NCBI GenBank assembly: GCA_003151615.1
Contig: PLXZ01000004.1
Coordinates: 173,285-237,284 of the forward strand
DNA: 64,000 nt
Direction: 5' to 3'
Source of the DNA: Candidatus Tayloriibacteriota bacterium
Lineage (GTDB): Bacteria > Patescibacteriota > Minisyncoccia > Phycocordibacterales > PALSA-1337
Of the stretch, positions 37,495 through 47,289 are shown in pieces. Below the pieces are notes generated by a model. That model made no database searches. It saw only the letters and a list, made by a program, of their open reading frames with translations, and was not told where the DNA came from. How positions within the stretch are numbered: the stretch's first letter is position 1; each line of letters starts with the position of its first letter. A program made the position numbers and the translations under genes.

Positions 37495-38308
37495 TTCCTA
37501 CGGATATATCAGTGATCAGTTTATTCTTGAAGTTAGAGAAGCAGTTGAAAAAGTGCGATGCAGTAAGGAAATATAGAGTAAAGTAGGCTTTCGTCTGACT
37601 GGCGGGCATGTTATCAATAAAATCAAAATTGCTATAATTCAGCCGTAACCGCATTTGATAAAAAAAGTCGAAAATTGAAACCGTCAGCGACTGTTTAAAG
37701 CTTTCCACCCGTTGTCGATTTCTGATTGTCCTTACTTCTGTGATGCCATGGGACAATTTCCAACTAGCAATCTTCTCGTTGGCAACCTTCTTCATTATCA
37801 ATTTGTAAACTACATCGTCCTCGGTGTTTCCTCTCAAGTTTGCGCCGGAGGTACTCCGAAAATTAAGGATAGACTTATCGAATACTTGATTAAAGAGAGG
37901 TTGGCTAAATTGAAGCGATCCGCTTGATAGTAATCCAGTGAAATGTTTTACGCAGTCTACGTGTTTTGCTCTGAGCTGCGATGTCTTGCCTGTCATGAGA
38001 CAGTCAATGACGCATAGCAGGTGATAGGCAAGGTAATAGGATTTGATAGGCAACCACAAAACGGCTGCGGTCGAGTATTCTTCATCCATTTGTACGATAC
38101 CACACTCGTCGTCGATTGATTTTTTCGTCAGCTCAATTAAACGTACCTTGTCTCTGATTGCAGGAAGCTCTGTTGGTGTGAGTAGTGCATTTGATGTAGA
38201 TGAAATTGATACGCCACGTGCAAGTTTTGCGAGGAGGGATATATATTTCAGATGCGTAGAAAAGTCCGGTCTGTTTAAGGGGGAGAATGGAGATTGTGTG
38301 AATAGCAT
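37484..38308 (-). CDS. Hypothetical protein
   Basis: 274-aa ORF convergent with, and overlapping by 11 nt, the 1148-aa gene. Confidence 0.4.
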   Translation of the reverse strand: MLFTQSPFSPLNRPDFSTHLKYISLLAKLARGVSISSTSNALLTPTELPAIRDKVRLIELTKKSIDDECGIVQMDEEYSTAAVLWLPIKSYYLAYHLLCVIDCLMTGKTSQLRAKHVDCVKHFTGLLSSGSLQFSQPLFNQVFDKSILNFRSTSGANLRGNTEDDVVYKLIMKKVANEKIASWKLSHGITEVRTIRNRQRVESFKQSLTVSIFDFFYQMRLRLNYSNFDFIDNMPASQTKAYFTLYFLTASHFFNCFSNFKNKLITDISVGISP

Positions 38309-38615
38309 ATACCCACTTTATTCCTCGTTAAGAAGAAAGTAAAGAAAGAAAGCGAGTAACAATACACTCTTTTGAGTGTATGTGGACTGATTTCAAATAG
38401 ATGGTATCATGTTGGTTACAATTGAATATTAAAGTAGCCTAAACCCTCGAGTAATCGGTGGCATGGTGAAAAGTCCCGTCGGAGCCAAAGAACCCATCAT
38501 ATGGGGTCGCTCTGACGGGCCGTATCGGGAAACTGATATGAGCAACTTCGGTTGCTACCCATGTGGTGGGCTTTTTGCTACCACTCATGGAATATTTACG
38601 CCCTAAAATATTCGC

Positions 38616-39614
38616 ATGAAAATCCTAATTACGTTCGCACTTGGAATCTTTAGCTTTTTCCATCAATCAATAACTCCTACCATTGCCATCTCAACAACCA
38701 CAGAGACGGCGACAACCTCTGTCTTTTCATCAGAAGCTACCACATCAGTGGCAGATTCTAATACTCAAAATGTAAACATATGCGAGAAAGAATATGGCAC
38801 GAATAGTTTAAACTCCGGTGGTGCTCCTGCCTGTGAATGCGCGCATGGATACGCCTGGAATAATGAATATACCAAATGCGTGACGCCAACGGTTGCTTGT
38901 TCAGAAATTAATGCCAATTGGGATGGTAAAATTACCAACAGTGAAGCTGAGTGCAATAGCTGCATGCCTGGATACGTTCCCAATAGTGCCGGGACAGCTT
39001 GCCAAATATCTAACGTATCAAATCCCCCAGAGACTACAACTAATTTAGAACAAGACTGTTTGAATAATGTCATGCAAAACGAGGCGCAAATGCTCCAAAA
39101 ATCTAACGCAGCACAAAAAACGTCAATACTATCAATAAATGACCAGCTCCAATTAAATAACGAGGCCATGTATGAGGAAAATCAGATTATGGCCATAGGA
39201 ATCAACGCATGCAAAGCTATGGCCGGGCAACCGACAACACCAATTCAATCTACTCCTGATCAACAGTACAGCGAGACAAACTCCTCTTACCAGCCAACCA
39301 TTCAAGACACAACAGGTCAAAATAACACTAACATTTATGGGGTGATCTACGCCCTCGACGGATCAACCGTTTCTGGAAATAGTGGAAATTATTCTCGAGT
39401 GGGCGACACGATTTATACCCCCGGGGGTGCAACTTACAGTGTTGTTGGTGACACCATATACGGACCGGGTGGGGTGACCTACAGTTTGGTCGGTAACACA
39501 CTTTATGGTCCCGGCGGTACGACCTACAACCTCACCGGCAATAAGATACAAAGTAGTGACGGTTCATCTGCCTCAAAGGTCGGCGACACCATCTACATCC
39601 AGCCGGGCAATTAA
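38616..39614 (+). CDS. Secreted Cys-rich protein with C-terminal 12-aa tandem repeats (VGDTIYxPGGxTYS)
   Basis: Signal peptide. Six+ repeats of GDTIYTPGGATYSVVGDTIYGPGGVTYSLVGNTLYGPGGTTYNL. Confidence 0.5.
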   Translation: MKILITFALGIFSFFHQSITPTIAISTTTETATTSVFSSEATTSVADSNTQNVNICEKEYGTNSLNSGGAPACECAHGYAWNNEYTKCVTPTVACSEINANWDGKITNSEAECNSCMPGYVPNSAGTACQISNVSNPPETTTNLEQDCLNNVMQNEAQMLQKSNAAQKTSILSINDQLQLNNEAMYEENQIMAIGINACKAMAGQPTTPIQSTPDQQYSETNSSYQPTIQDTTGQNNTNIYGVIYALDGSTVSGNSGNYSRVGDTIYTPGGATYSVVGDTIYGPGGVTYSLVGNTLYGPGGTTYNLTGNKIQSSDGSSASKVGDTIYIQPGN

Positions 39615-39710
39615 ACATATGATCATACTTCTAATCGTACTCCTGATAATTATTGGAATCGCTTGGTATATTCATGTGTTTGTGGACAAGTATAACGAAC
39701 GAGATAGACT

Positions 39711-40439
39711 ATGAAAAACAAGAAAAAAATAATCATATACGGAATCCTACTGGTCATCGCTATCCTAGCCGTCATTGTTCTCAAGTTCTCAGTGCAGGTA
39801 TATGAGCAAGAACAGATTAATACTGCAACCCCCGGCACAGACGATGATATAGATATGTCATGGCTCTATGGCACAGCCACCTCGACCATCCCCGGCATGG
39901 ATGATAGCGACAGTTATGTACTGCTCCAAAGTGACAGCGCCGTCCCTACCTACAAGGATTTCTTAAATAATGATCTTCAAAAAGTATGTCCTTTTTACAA
40001 GCCAGATGGTATTACCTATCGAGACTGTCTTGGTAATCTCTTGGCAGATAGAGAAAAAGCAGTGGAGCAAATGTATAGCGACCTTGTACGTGATACGCAA
40101 ATTGTTAGCAATGAAGCTATGGCGGAGGGACCGATAGGTGGAGGTCTTGTCGCTCGAACAAACGAATACTTTCTCACAAATCTAGCCATGCTCGAAAAAA
40201 CATGGAAACCGTACCGGGATGCACTCTGTAGTGCTGAACTTTCTGATACCTACAGTGGTAGTAATCAGTACGGCTATTTAACAACCTGCCAAATCTACGA
40301 GACTACTGCATACGAAACACGACTTATTGGATTTCGATATGAATATGTTGGTCAAGCTGTAGAGTGGCGCATACAGCAAAATGTTACTCCTAAACTTGAA
40401 ACGTTTAAAGAGTTGATGAGCAGGGAATCTAATCTATAG
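39711..40439 (+). CDS. Membrane-anchored protein with LprI-like (DUF1311) pattern
   Basis: N-terminal TM. C...C...W..YRDALCSAE...SGS....C....T..R.. spacing resembles the lysozyme-inhibitor LprI family. Confidence 0.4.
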   Translation: MKNKKKIIIYGILLVIAILAVIVLKFSVQVYEQEQINTATPGTDDDIDMSWLYGTATSTIPGMDDSDSYVLLQSDSAVPTYKDFLNNDLQKVCPFYKPDGITYRDCLGNLLADREKAVEQMYSDLVRDTQIVSNEAMAEGPIGGGLVARTNEYFLTNLAMLEKTWKPYRDALCSAELSDTYSGSNQYGYLTTCQIYETTAYETRLIGFRYEYVGQAVEWRIQQNVTPKLETFKELMSRESNL

Positions 40440-40534
40440 AAAGCTGTGGGGCTTTGTGTCGATATGGGTGAAAACATTAAACTGTAGCAGCTTAACTTGA
40501 AAAAGAAATATTCTCGGAGCATACTTGTCGTAAC

Positions 40535-41422
40535 ATGAGTGAAAAGAGTGATTCTACAAAAAATACAAGAGTCGTTTCTAAAATATATCAAGAAAACCTA
40601 GGACTCATGATAGCAGTGAGTGACTGGCTTTTTAGACATCACAGAAAAATAGTGACTGATTTCGATGAGAAATATAAGCTTTTTAATTCTGCTGAAATCC
40701 AAAAAGAAAAACCGTTCAAATGGACTCTCGATGAAGATCTGATGTTAGATTCAGGATTTTTAGACAAATATGATGAGGGTACACGATGGAACATGAATTA
40801 TATAAGAGAAAGAATGGCTAAAGATTTCAAAGATAGCATTCTCTCTAAAATAAAACTACCTCTCCATTTTCATTCACATCTTTGGAATCTAATAGCTTAC
40901 GGAGATGTAGGTGCACCAGGAGTTAATTTCTCTATTACTTTCCAGCAAATAGATCCAAAGTCCGATATCCGAAAGGCCACAGTTGGTGGTATGCAGTACG
41001 CCAGTCTTAATGTCTACAAGCCTCTTTCTACAGCAGAAAAGGTATTAGCCGATAAATTACTAAATGGACTCAACTCTATCGCACTTCATAAATCGGTAAG
41101 TGAAAAAAACAATTTTAATAATGTCGTCCTGACCCTCAAGATATTAGACGATACGATAAATCAGGGCCGATCAAAAAGAACGAAGAAATACACTGGCTAC
41201 TTAGCAGCTCTTGCTAAGGCTGTTGATAGAGGCGATCACCCTATTAAGGCACTTAGAAAATTGGAAAAACAACACCCAGATGATGTTGTCATCGAGAAAG
41301 GGACACAGATTACGAGTGACAAGATTTCCAAAAAATTGAGAGTTAGTAGTGGTGAAAATGTAAGGACTATTATCAAAAGACATAAGAAAAAAATGAACTC
41401 ATATTTCGAGAAATTGTTGTGA
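40535..41422 (+). CDS. Hypothetical protein
   Basis: 295-aa ORF, Lys-rich. Confidence 0.45.
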   Translation: MSEKSDSTKNTRVVSKIYQENLGLMIAVSDWLFRHHRKIVTDFDEKYKLFNSAEIQKEKPFKWTLDEDLMLDSGFLDKYDEGTRWNMNYIRERMAKDFKDSILSKIKLPLHFHSHLWNLIAYGDVGAPGVNFSITFQQIDPKSDIRKATVGGMQYASLNVYKPLSTAEKVLADKLLNGLNSIALHKSVSEKNNFNNVVLTLKILDDTINQGRSKRTKKYTGYLAALAKAVDRGDHPIKALRKLEKQHPDDVVIEKGTQITSDKISKKLRVSSGENVRTIIKRHKKKMNSYFEKLL

Positions 41423-42056
41423 CAATTTTCTAGTATAAAACTGTCACGGTAAAAATAAATGTGATGATATCTTGCTGCTAGAGCCTTTATTGGCTCAGAG
41501 TGGCGCTACTAAAACACTAGCCCCTGGCATCACTCCCAGGGGCTTTTGTTATGCATTTAAAAGAGAAAGCAACCCAAAAACTAATGGAAATCATCAGCAA
41601 AGATTATGGTGTTTCCCTTACTCATCAGGAAGCTGAAGAGTTTGGCCTTTCTTTAATACGCATTACAAAAATTGGACAGAATGTTTTTAATCGCAAAGAG
41701 CAAATACCAGCAGACTAGATCTGCCTCTTCAAGCCCTGGGCGAACCTATGTGGGGCTTGTAAAAATAAAACAGACATAGGACTTGATGGATTCCGTGATC
41801 TCGCGGTACAGAGATGGCTTATACGTTCAACGGAAAACCAGCAAGACCTCTGATTACGTTTCGCTAAAAGCATCTGATCGTAATCATGTTCGCTCTCGGT
41901 GGAACCATAGCCGAGTAGACAGCGGATGCGAAGTGCTCTCCGGGCTAAAGCGGATAAAAGAGCATAGCGATATCTCCTTTGTTGGGGGTAGGGGGGCTTT
42001 TGGACACTCTGGGCTTTCCGTTCAACAGATTAATCATTAAACTCGGTTTTATTCAA

Positions 42057-42668
42057 ATGAAAAAATCTTTACCAGAAAATAAGATCGGACAATATACACC
42101 CGAGGATGCTCGCAAGCTCGTCGAGTTTATCTTTCTTGAGAATAGTGATCCGCAGAACATTTACAGTGAGCTTGCTGAAAAAGTAATGCCAAAGTTTATG
42201 AAAGGAACCGATGAGGAGAAAGAGTGGGCGAGACGTCAACTTCTTGGAAGATCCAGTGAAGCTGTTATGACTGTTGGTCTTATAAATCACTATCAGATCA
42301 TTTATACAGCAGAGAAACAGTATGCATCGTTAATTCTGGAGATAACACGAAAAATCGAAAAGGAACATGAATGCACAACAGCAGTCGAGAAGATTTTGGC
42401 TGAGCAAATAGCTATGGCTCACATAAAAATCATTGATTATTCTCGGAGATTTGAAGAATGGTGTAGTAGTCCTCAATCAAGTAAGGTAGAGATAACAAAA
42501 TTTCTAGAGATGCTCGGCCGGCAAATAGACAAAGCAAATCGGCAATTGCATACAGCCATAATCGTATTGAGACAGATCAAGCAGCCGGCGCTATCTGTGA
42601 ATATCAATACAAAGAATATCTTTACTGCACAAAACCAACAAATCAATGATAACTCGCAAAAAACATGA
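42057..42668 (+). CDS. Hypothetical protein
   Basis: Internal Met MKKSLPENKIGQY chosen. The upstream part of the listed ORF has junk composition. Confidence 0.4.
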   Translation: MKKSLPENKIGQYTPEDARKLVEFIFLENSDPQNIYSELAEKVMPKFMKGTDEEKEWARRQLLGRSSEAVMTVGLINHYQIIYTAEKQYASLILEITRKIEKEHECTTAVEKILAEQIAMAHIKIIDYSRRFEEWCSSPQSSKVEITKFLEMLGRQIDKANRQLHTAIIVLRQIKQPALSVNINTKNIFTAQNQQINDNSQKT

Positions 42669-42997
42669 AATCATATAATCCGAATGATTCAGGAAAAAAG
42701 TTTCTGGTTGATGAATGTCAAAAAATAAGTATAACAACCTATATTCGACAAGCTAAAGCAAAGCTCAAGAATGCACTACTCATGAGCACACTTGAGATGG
42801 ATAGCAAGGCCATAGAATTGACCCCCTCAAAGACCTCATTCCATGGCGAAAGATATTGGTTCAAATGCCCTAAATGCAGTAAGCGCGCCGGCACATTATT
42901 CGTACATCCACTGAATCATGAAATTGGATGTAGAAAATGCCTTAACCTTGAGTACAGAAGCAGAAGATATAAAGGCATGATTGAGGAGTCATTTTAA
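42665..42997 (+). CDS. Hypothetical zinc-ribbon protein
   Basis: CPKCSKR...CRKC, 110 aa. Start overlaps the upstream stop (ATGA). Confidence 0.4.
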   Translation: MKSYNPNDSGKKFLVDECQKISITTYIRQAKAKLKNALLMSTLEMDSKAIELTPSKTSFHGERYWFKCPKCSKRAGTLFVHPLNHEIGCRKCLNLEYRSRRYKGMIEESF

Positions 42998-43056
42998 GCC
43001 CGTAGACTTATCTTGTATTAGCGGTATTGTATGTGTTAAGACAACTAACAAAAATA

Positions 43057-44759
43057 AAATGAAAAACGAAGCGCAAATAATAAATTACGATGTGTATCTC
43101 CGTAAATCGAGTGAGGCGGAAGATAAACAGATTCAGTCCATCGATGACCAGAGGCGAGAACTGAATGAATATGCAAATAAGAATAATCTTCACATAGTAG
43201 GTGAGTTTGAGGAATCGCAGAGTGCACATCATCCAGGGCGGCCGATTTTTAACAAAGTCATGAAAAGGATCGAGAAGGGAATATCGACTGGATTACTAGT
43301 TTGGCACGCCAACAGAACCTCGAGAAATCCAGTTGATAGTGGAACAATAATAAACCTTATCGATGAAAAGAAACTGATACATGTTAGGACGCCGTCACAT
43401 ATTTACGGTAATACTTCCACGGAGAAAATGATGCTTGCACTTGAGTGTATGATGGCTAAAAAAGATTCGGACGATAAAAGCGAAGCGGTAAAGAGAGGTC
43501 TACGCGGCAGATATAGAAAGGGACTTCCAAATGGCGTGGCACCTATCGGATTCCTAAATGATATGTCAGTTGAAAAAGGTAATCGGGGATGGCTTGTGGA
43601 CGCCGAAAAGCTCCCTCTTATTGGCCAACTTCTTCAGCTCTGTCTTACCGGAAGATATTCAACCAGAGATCTCCTAAATATCGCAAATGAGGATATGGGA
43701 CTCCGCACCCAACTCCGCAAAAAACAGGGAGGTAAAAAACTTGTGCTCTCATATCTGACAGATGTCATCCTTAAGGGAGAGGTATACGCCGGATTTTTCT
43801 ACACCGCTGATGGTGAGAGACATGATTTGGCTGAAAGCATCCCAAGACTAATTACAGAAGAACAACACTGGCAAATTAGAAAGATATTAGGTGATAGAAA
43901 CAGGCCTCGAGCGTCAAAAAATAAAATGACCTTCGCGTATACGGGACCGACAAAGTGTGGAGGGTGCGAGGGATCAATCACTGCTGAACACAAGTACCAG
44001 CTTATTTGCGCCTGTAAATTAAAGTTTGTTTATCTTAATAAGACACATTGTCCGGGGTGCGGAGTTTCAATAAAAAACATAGAAAAGCCCACCTATCTTC
44101 ATTACATTTATTACCACTGCACTAGGAAGAAAGATTTACTTTGCCGTGAGGGTAGTGTGCAGGAATTATACATAGATAATCATCTAGCAACATACTTCAA
44201 AGAAAATTTCAAAATCTCGAAAGCGCTCCATGAATGGTGTATCGAAAATATCGAAGCCCTTGATGCTGGCGATGCTAAAAACGGATCCGAAAAGAAAATA
44301 TCTTTGGAAGCGACCATCGCTAAAAAGCAAAATGAATACAAAGAGCTTGTTCTCATGAAGACCCGCGGACTTATCAGTGATAGCGATTTTGTAGAGCTTA
44401 AGACGAGCCAAAAAGCCGAAATTGAGGCCTTACAGCGGACTTTGAGCAATACGCCAAATAAGGACCAAACATCAAGCGTTAAAGCGCGTAGAGCCTTTAC
44501 GCTCGCATTAGGAATTGAAGAAGTATTCAAGAACGGAACACCTCAAGAGAAAAAAGAGGTGTTATCAGAGATTGGTTCGAACCTAACTTTAAAAGACAAA
44601 AAGCTCAATGTTTACAACACAGGAATCTATGAACGGATCATAAACGGACTACTTAGGGCGAAAGCAGAAAATCCTCGGTTCGAACCTGAATATATCTTAG
44701 ATACATCAAGTCAGAATAAAGATTTTATGCTCGCACGACCAACTCTGCTCCGGGAGTAG
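43057..44759 (+). CDS. Large serine recombinase (second copy, distinct sequence)
   Basis: YDVYLRKSSEAEDKQIQSIDDQRRELNEY (resolvase catalytic domain with Ser), recombinase domain, CGGCEGS...C zinc ribbon. Stop codon lies inside the 3' end of the adjacent tRNA gene. Confidence 0.75.
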
Positions 44760-45091
44760 GGATCGAACCTACGACCAATCGCTTACATCGCTCCTCTTGT
44801 TGCCAAAAGGGATGGACTATATCATTTCCATACATTGTCAATCTGATTTGACGAATGATTAGGGACGAGGGGCTTCGCGGGCTGTTTTGAAATTTTTGTA
44901 TTTCATAACGCCAGCTACTCTTTAAAAAGATAGTCTCTACACCTTCCCATTTTTTGAATGGGCTCGGCTCGGGATTGCCCGCAGTTTTGTGCTGCGGGTT
45001 TCCCCGATTTCTCCTCGTTATTCGACCAGGCTTTTACCTGGAAGCTGCAAGTTGTTTACAGGCGACTGCTCTACCGCTGAGCTATCCCGGA
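44748..45091 (-). tRNA. tRNA gene (probably tRNA-Asn GUU) interrupted by a group I intron in the anticodon loop
   Basis: 5' exon TCCGGGATAGCTCAGCGGTAGAGCAGTCGCCTGT (acceptor, D-arm GCTC/GAGC, anticodon stem GTCGC). 3' exon TAAGCGATTGGTCGTAGGTTCGATCCCTACTCCCGGAG (anticodon stem GCGAT, T-arm GTAGG-TTCGATC-CCTAC, 7-bp acceptor complement). Exons are separated by ~270 nt. Confidence 0.6.
44786..45057 (-). ncRNA. Group I self-splicing intron within the tRNA
   Basis: P-like ACTGCGGGCAA, Q-like AACCCGCAGC, R-like GTAGAGACTAT and S-like GATATAGTCC elements in order. P1 possible between exon CTGT and GCAG (terminal U.G). Omega-G precedes the 3' exon. Confidence 0.55.
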
Positions 45092-45255
45092 ATGTTTTTG
45101 CTGATGCTTGTGGAAAGAACGGGCGTCGAAAGATATTCGACAAAAAACGACTGCGGTCTATAGTACCCAAATTTACCCTAAAAATCAAACTTGACCCCGC
45201 CGCAAGCCTGGCGCATCCTGAAATTTTTATATATAATGTCTGTATATAATTTCAT

Positions 45256-45633
45256 ATGAACATACAAATAAAAACAAAAGGGGGGATGACGGTGACTGAC
45301 GCGATCAACGATTATGTGAACAAGCGCTGCGAGAGCCTGCAGAAATTCACGGCGAATGATCCGACTGTTTTCGTGGTTGTCGAAATCGGCCGCACAACCG
45401 AACATCACAAGCACGGCGACATATTTCGGGCTGAAATCCATATTACCGGAAAAAATGTCGGTAAAAACGGGGACGTCTATGTCAGCGCCGAGCGCGAGGA
45501 TTTGTACGCGGCCATTGACGCGGTTCGCGACGAGGCGTTGCGCGAGCTTGCATCGGCAAAGTCAAAACGCACGACTCTCGTGCGCCGCGGCGGGGCGAAG
45601 GTTAAAAACATGATCAAGGGTTTTTTTAATTAG
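45256..45633 (+). CDS. hpf: Ribosome hibernation-promoting factor / RaiA (S30Ae family)
   Basis: MNIQIKTKG..VTDAI.DYV..K...L.KF...FVVVEI......HKHGDIFRAEIHI pattern typical of HPF short form. Confidence 0.7.
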   Translation: MNIQIKTKGGMTVTDAINDYVNKRCESLQKFTANDPTVFVVVEIGRTTEHHKHGDIFRAEIHITGKNVGKNGDVYVSAEREDLYAAIDAVRDEALRELASAKSKRTTLVRRGGAKVKNMIKGFFN

Positions 45634-45842
45634 ATTAAGAACTTTAAAAACAAGAACATGAAACAGGGGACAATCAACACATTTATACATCAAAAAGTAA
45701 ATGCGTATTTGTGTTTCGCGCTGTTGGGGCTCATGACTTTTTGGACGGTGCTTTTTTATGCGACGCACAAGGCGACGGTTTTTGCCGATAACTATAATCA
45801 GAGCGCAAACAGTTTGGATTCCGGGTATTAATTTTTGCTAGT

Positions 45843-46712
45843 TTATTGCCGAGTGGCCGGCAAATAAGGTTTCGCGTCCGTTTCGCCTTTTCCTTCGGGA
45901 ATGACTTTTTCTATGATCAGTTTGCCGCTCTCCCAGCGGGCTTCGGTTATTTTAACCCGGATTTTCGCGCCGTTTTTCTCGGCAAAAAAATATGCCGTCG
46001 GCCATTCCCGGTAGGCCTGAATTTTTCGAAAATTGAGATAAGGATCGTCGGCGAAATTTACCAGTCCGTCGTTTTTTAAAATTTTTTTGGTCAGGGTCGC
46101 CGCGGCATGGTCCTGCGGTTTTTCGACTATCCGGCCATCTATCCAACCGGGCAGAGTTTCAGCAAGAAGTTTTCCGCCTTCGCGTGCAATGGTCTCTTCG
46201 AATACTCCGTACGCCGGCCATTCGTCGACGGTTATTTCCTTTTGCACCACAATCGGGCCGTGGTCCATCAGTTCATCGATGCGCATGATGGTGACGCCGG
46301 TTTTTTTTGCGTCGTCAAGCATGGCCGACTGAAGAGGGGATGCGCCTCGATAGAGGGGAAGAAGGGACGGATGAACGTTGAGGGTTTTGTGTTTCGGAAT
46401 ATCCAAAATTGCCTGCGGAATTATTTTTCCGTATGCCGCGACGACAAAAGTTTCGATGTTTCCGCCGGCGTTTTTTGTCGCACACGTTTCCTTCAATTTT
46501 TCCGCAAAATCCGCATCGAGCTTTGCCGGATCAAGTACTGGAATGCCGCGTTTCATTCCCCAGGCTTTAACCGGCGTCGGAGTCAATACCAGCCCGCGAC
46601 CGACTGGTTTGTCGGGAGTGGTGACTATGAGCGACGGCGGCATGCCGGCTTTTTCAAGCTCGTCGAGAACATAGATTGAAAATTGCGCGCTGCCGAAAAA
46701 AGCATAATTCAT
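45843..46712 (-). CDS. fmt: Methionyl-tRNA formyltransferase
   Basis: N-terminal FFGSAQFSIYVLDEL, HPSLLPLYRGASPLQSAML (formyl-transferase SLLP motif). Start taken at MNYAFFG, overlapping the def stop. Confidence 0.8.
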   Translation of the reverse strand: MNYAFFGSAQFSIYVLDELEKAGMPPSLIVTTPDKPVGRGLVLTPTPVKAWGMKRGIPVLDPAKLDADFAEKLKETCATKNAGGNIETFVVAAYGKIIPQAILDIPKHKTLNVHPSLLPLYRGASPLQSAMLDDAKKTGVTIMRIDELMDHGPIVVQKEITVDEWPAYGVFEETIAREGGKLLAETLPGWIDGRIVEKPQDHAAATLTKKILKNDGLVNFADDPYLNFRKIQAYREWPTAYFFAEKNGAKIRVKITEARWESGKLIIEKVIPEGKGETDAKPYLPATRQ

Positions 46713-46713
46713 T

Positions 46714-47283
46714 TTATTTTTCATGCGATTTTTCATTTTGATTCTCGTCTTCCGGCGGCATATCACGGACGTCATGGGCCTTGTCAATGAAGAGAATGCC
46801 GTCGAGATGGTCGGTTTCGTGCTGGAAAACCTGGGCGAGCAGGCCGCTTGCTCCGCGCAGGACGCGCTTGCCGTTTTCGTCATAGCCGCGAATGGTTGTT
46901 TTTTGCGATCGTTTTACCTTTCCGTAAAGCCATCGCACGGACAGGCAACCCTCTTCGACATCGTGTTTTTCGCGCGACAATTTTGTGATTTCAGGATTGA
47001 TGAATACGATGTCGCCTCCGGCGTATTTTTCATCCGCAGCGGAAAGCACCGCGCCCGACACTGCAAAAATACGCAACGGTTGGCCAATCTGGGGAGCCGC
47101 GATGGCCACGCCGTCGCTCTGTCCAGCCAATGCGCTTTTCATGTCCGCGATAATTTTTTTTATTTTCGGCGAAGCGATGTCGGCCACCGGCACGGTCTGG
47201 GCAAGCTCGCGCAGAACAGGGTCGCCGTTCTGGACGATAAGGACTTCGGGGGGTTTTGCTTCTTTTTTTGCAGGCATGATCAC
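46714..47283 (-). CDS. def: Peptide deformylase
   Basis: GVAIAAPQIG, EGCLSV, HETDHLDG motifs (the three Def signature motifs). Confidence 0.85.
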   Translation of the reverse strand: MIMPAKKEAKPPEVLIVQNGDPVLRELAQTVPVADIASPKIKKIIADMKSALAGQSDGVAIAAPQIGQPLRIFAVSGAVLSAADEKYAGGDIVFINPEITKLSREKHDVEEGCLSVRWLYGKVKRSQKTTIRGYDENGKRVLRGASGLLAQVFQHETDHLDGILFIDKAHDVRDMPPEDENQNEKSHEK

Positions 47284-47289
47284 ACTATA

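Noticed and set aside
41783-42040. 85-aa ORF between hypothetical genes
   Set aside because: No RBS, odd composition, overlaps the start region of the following gene. Likely noncoding.
46087-46679. Plus-strand ORFs inside fmt
   Set aside because: Shadow ORFs antisense to a well-supported fmt.
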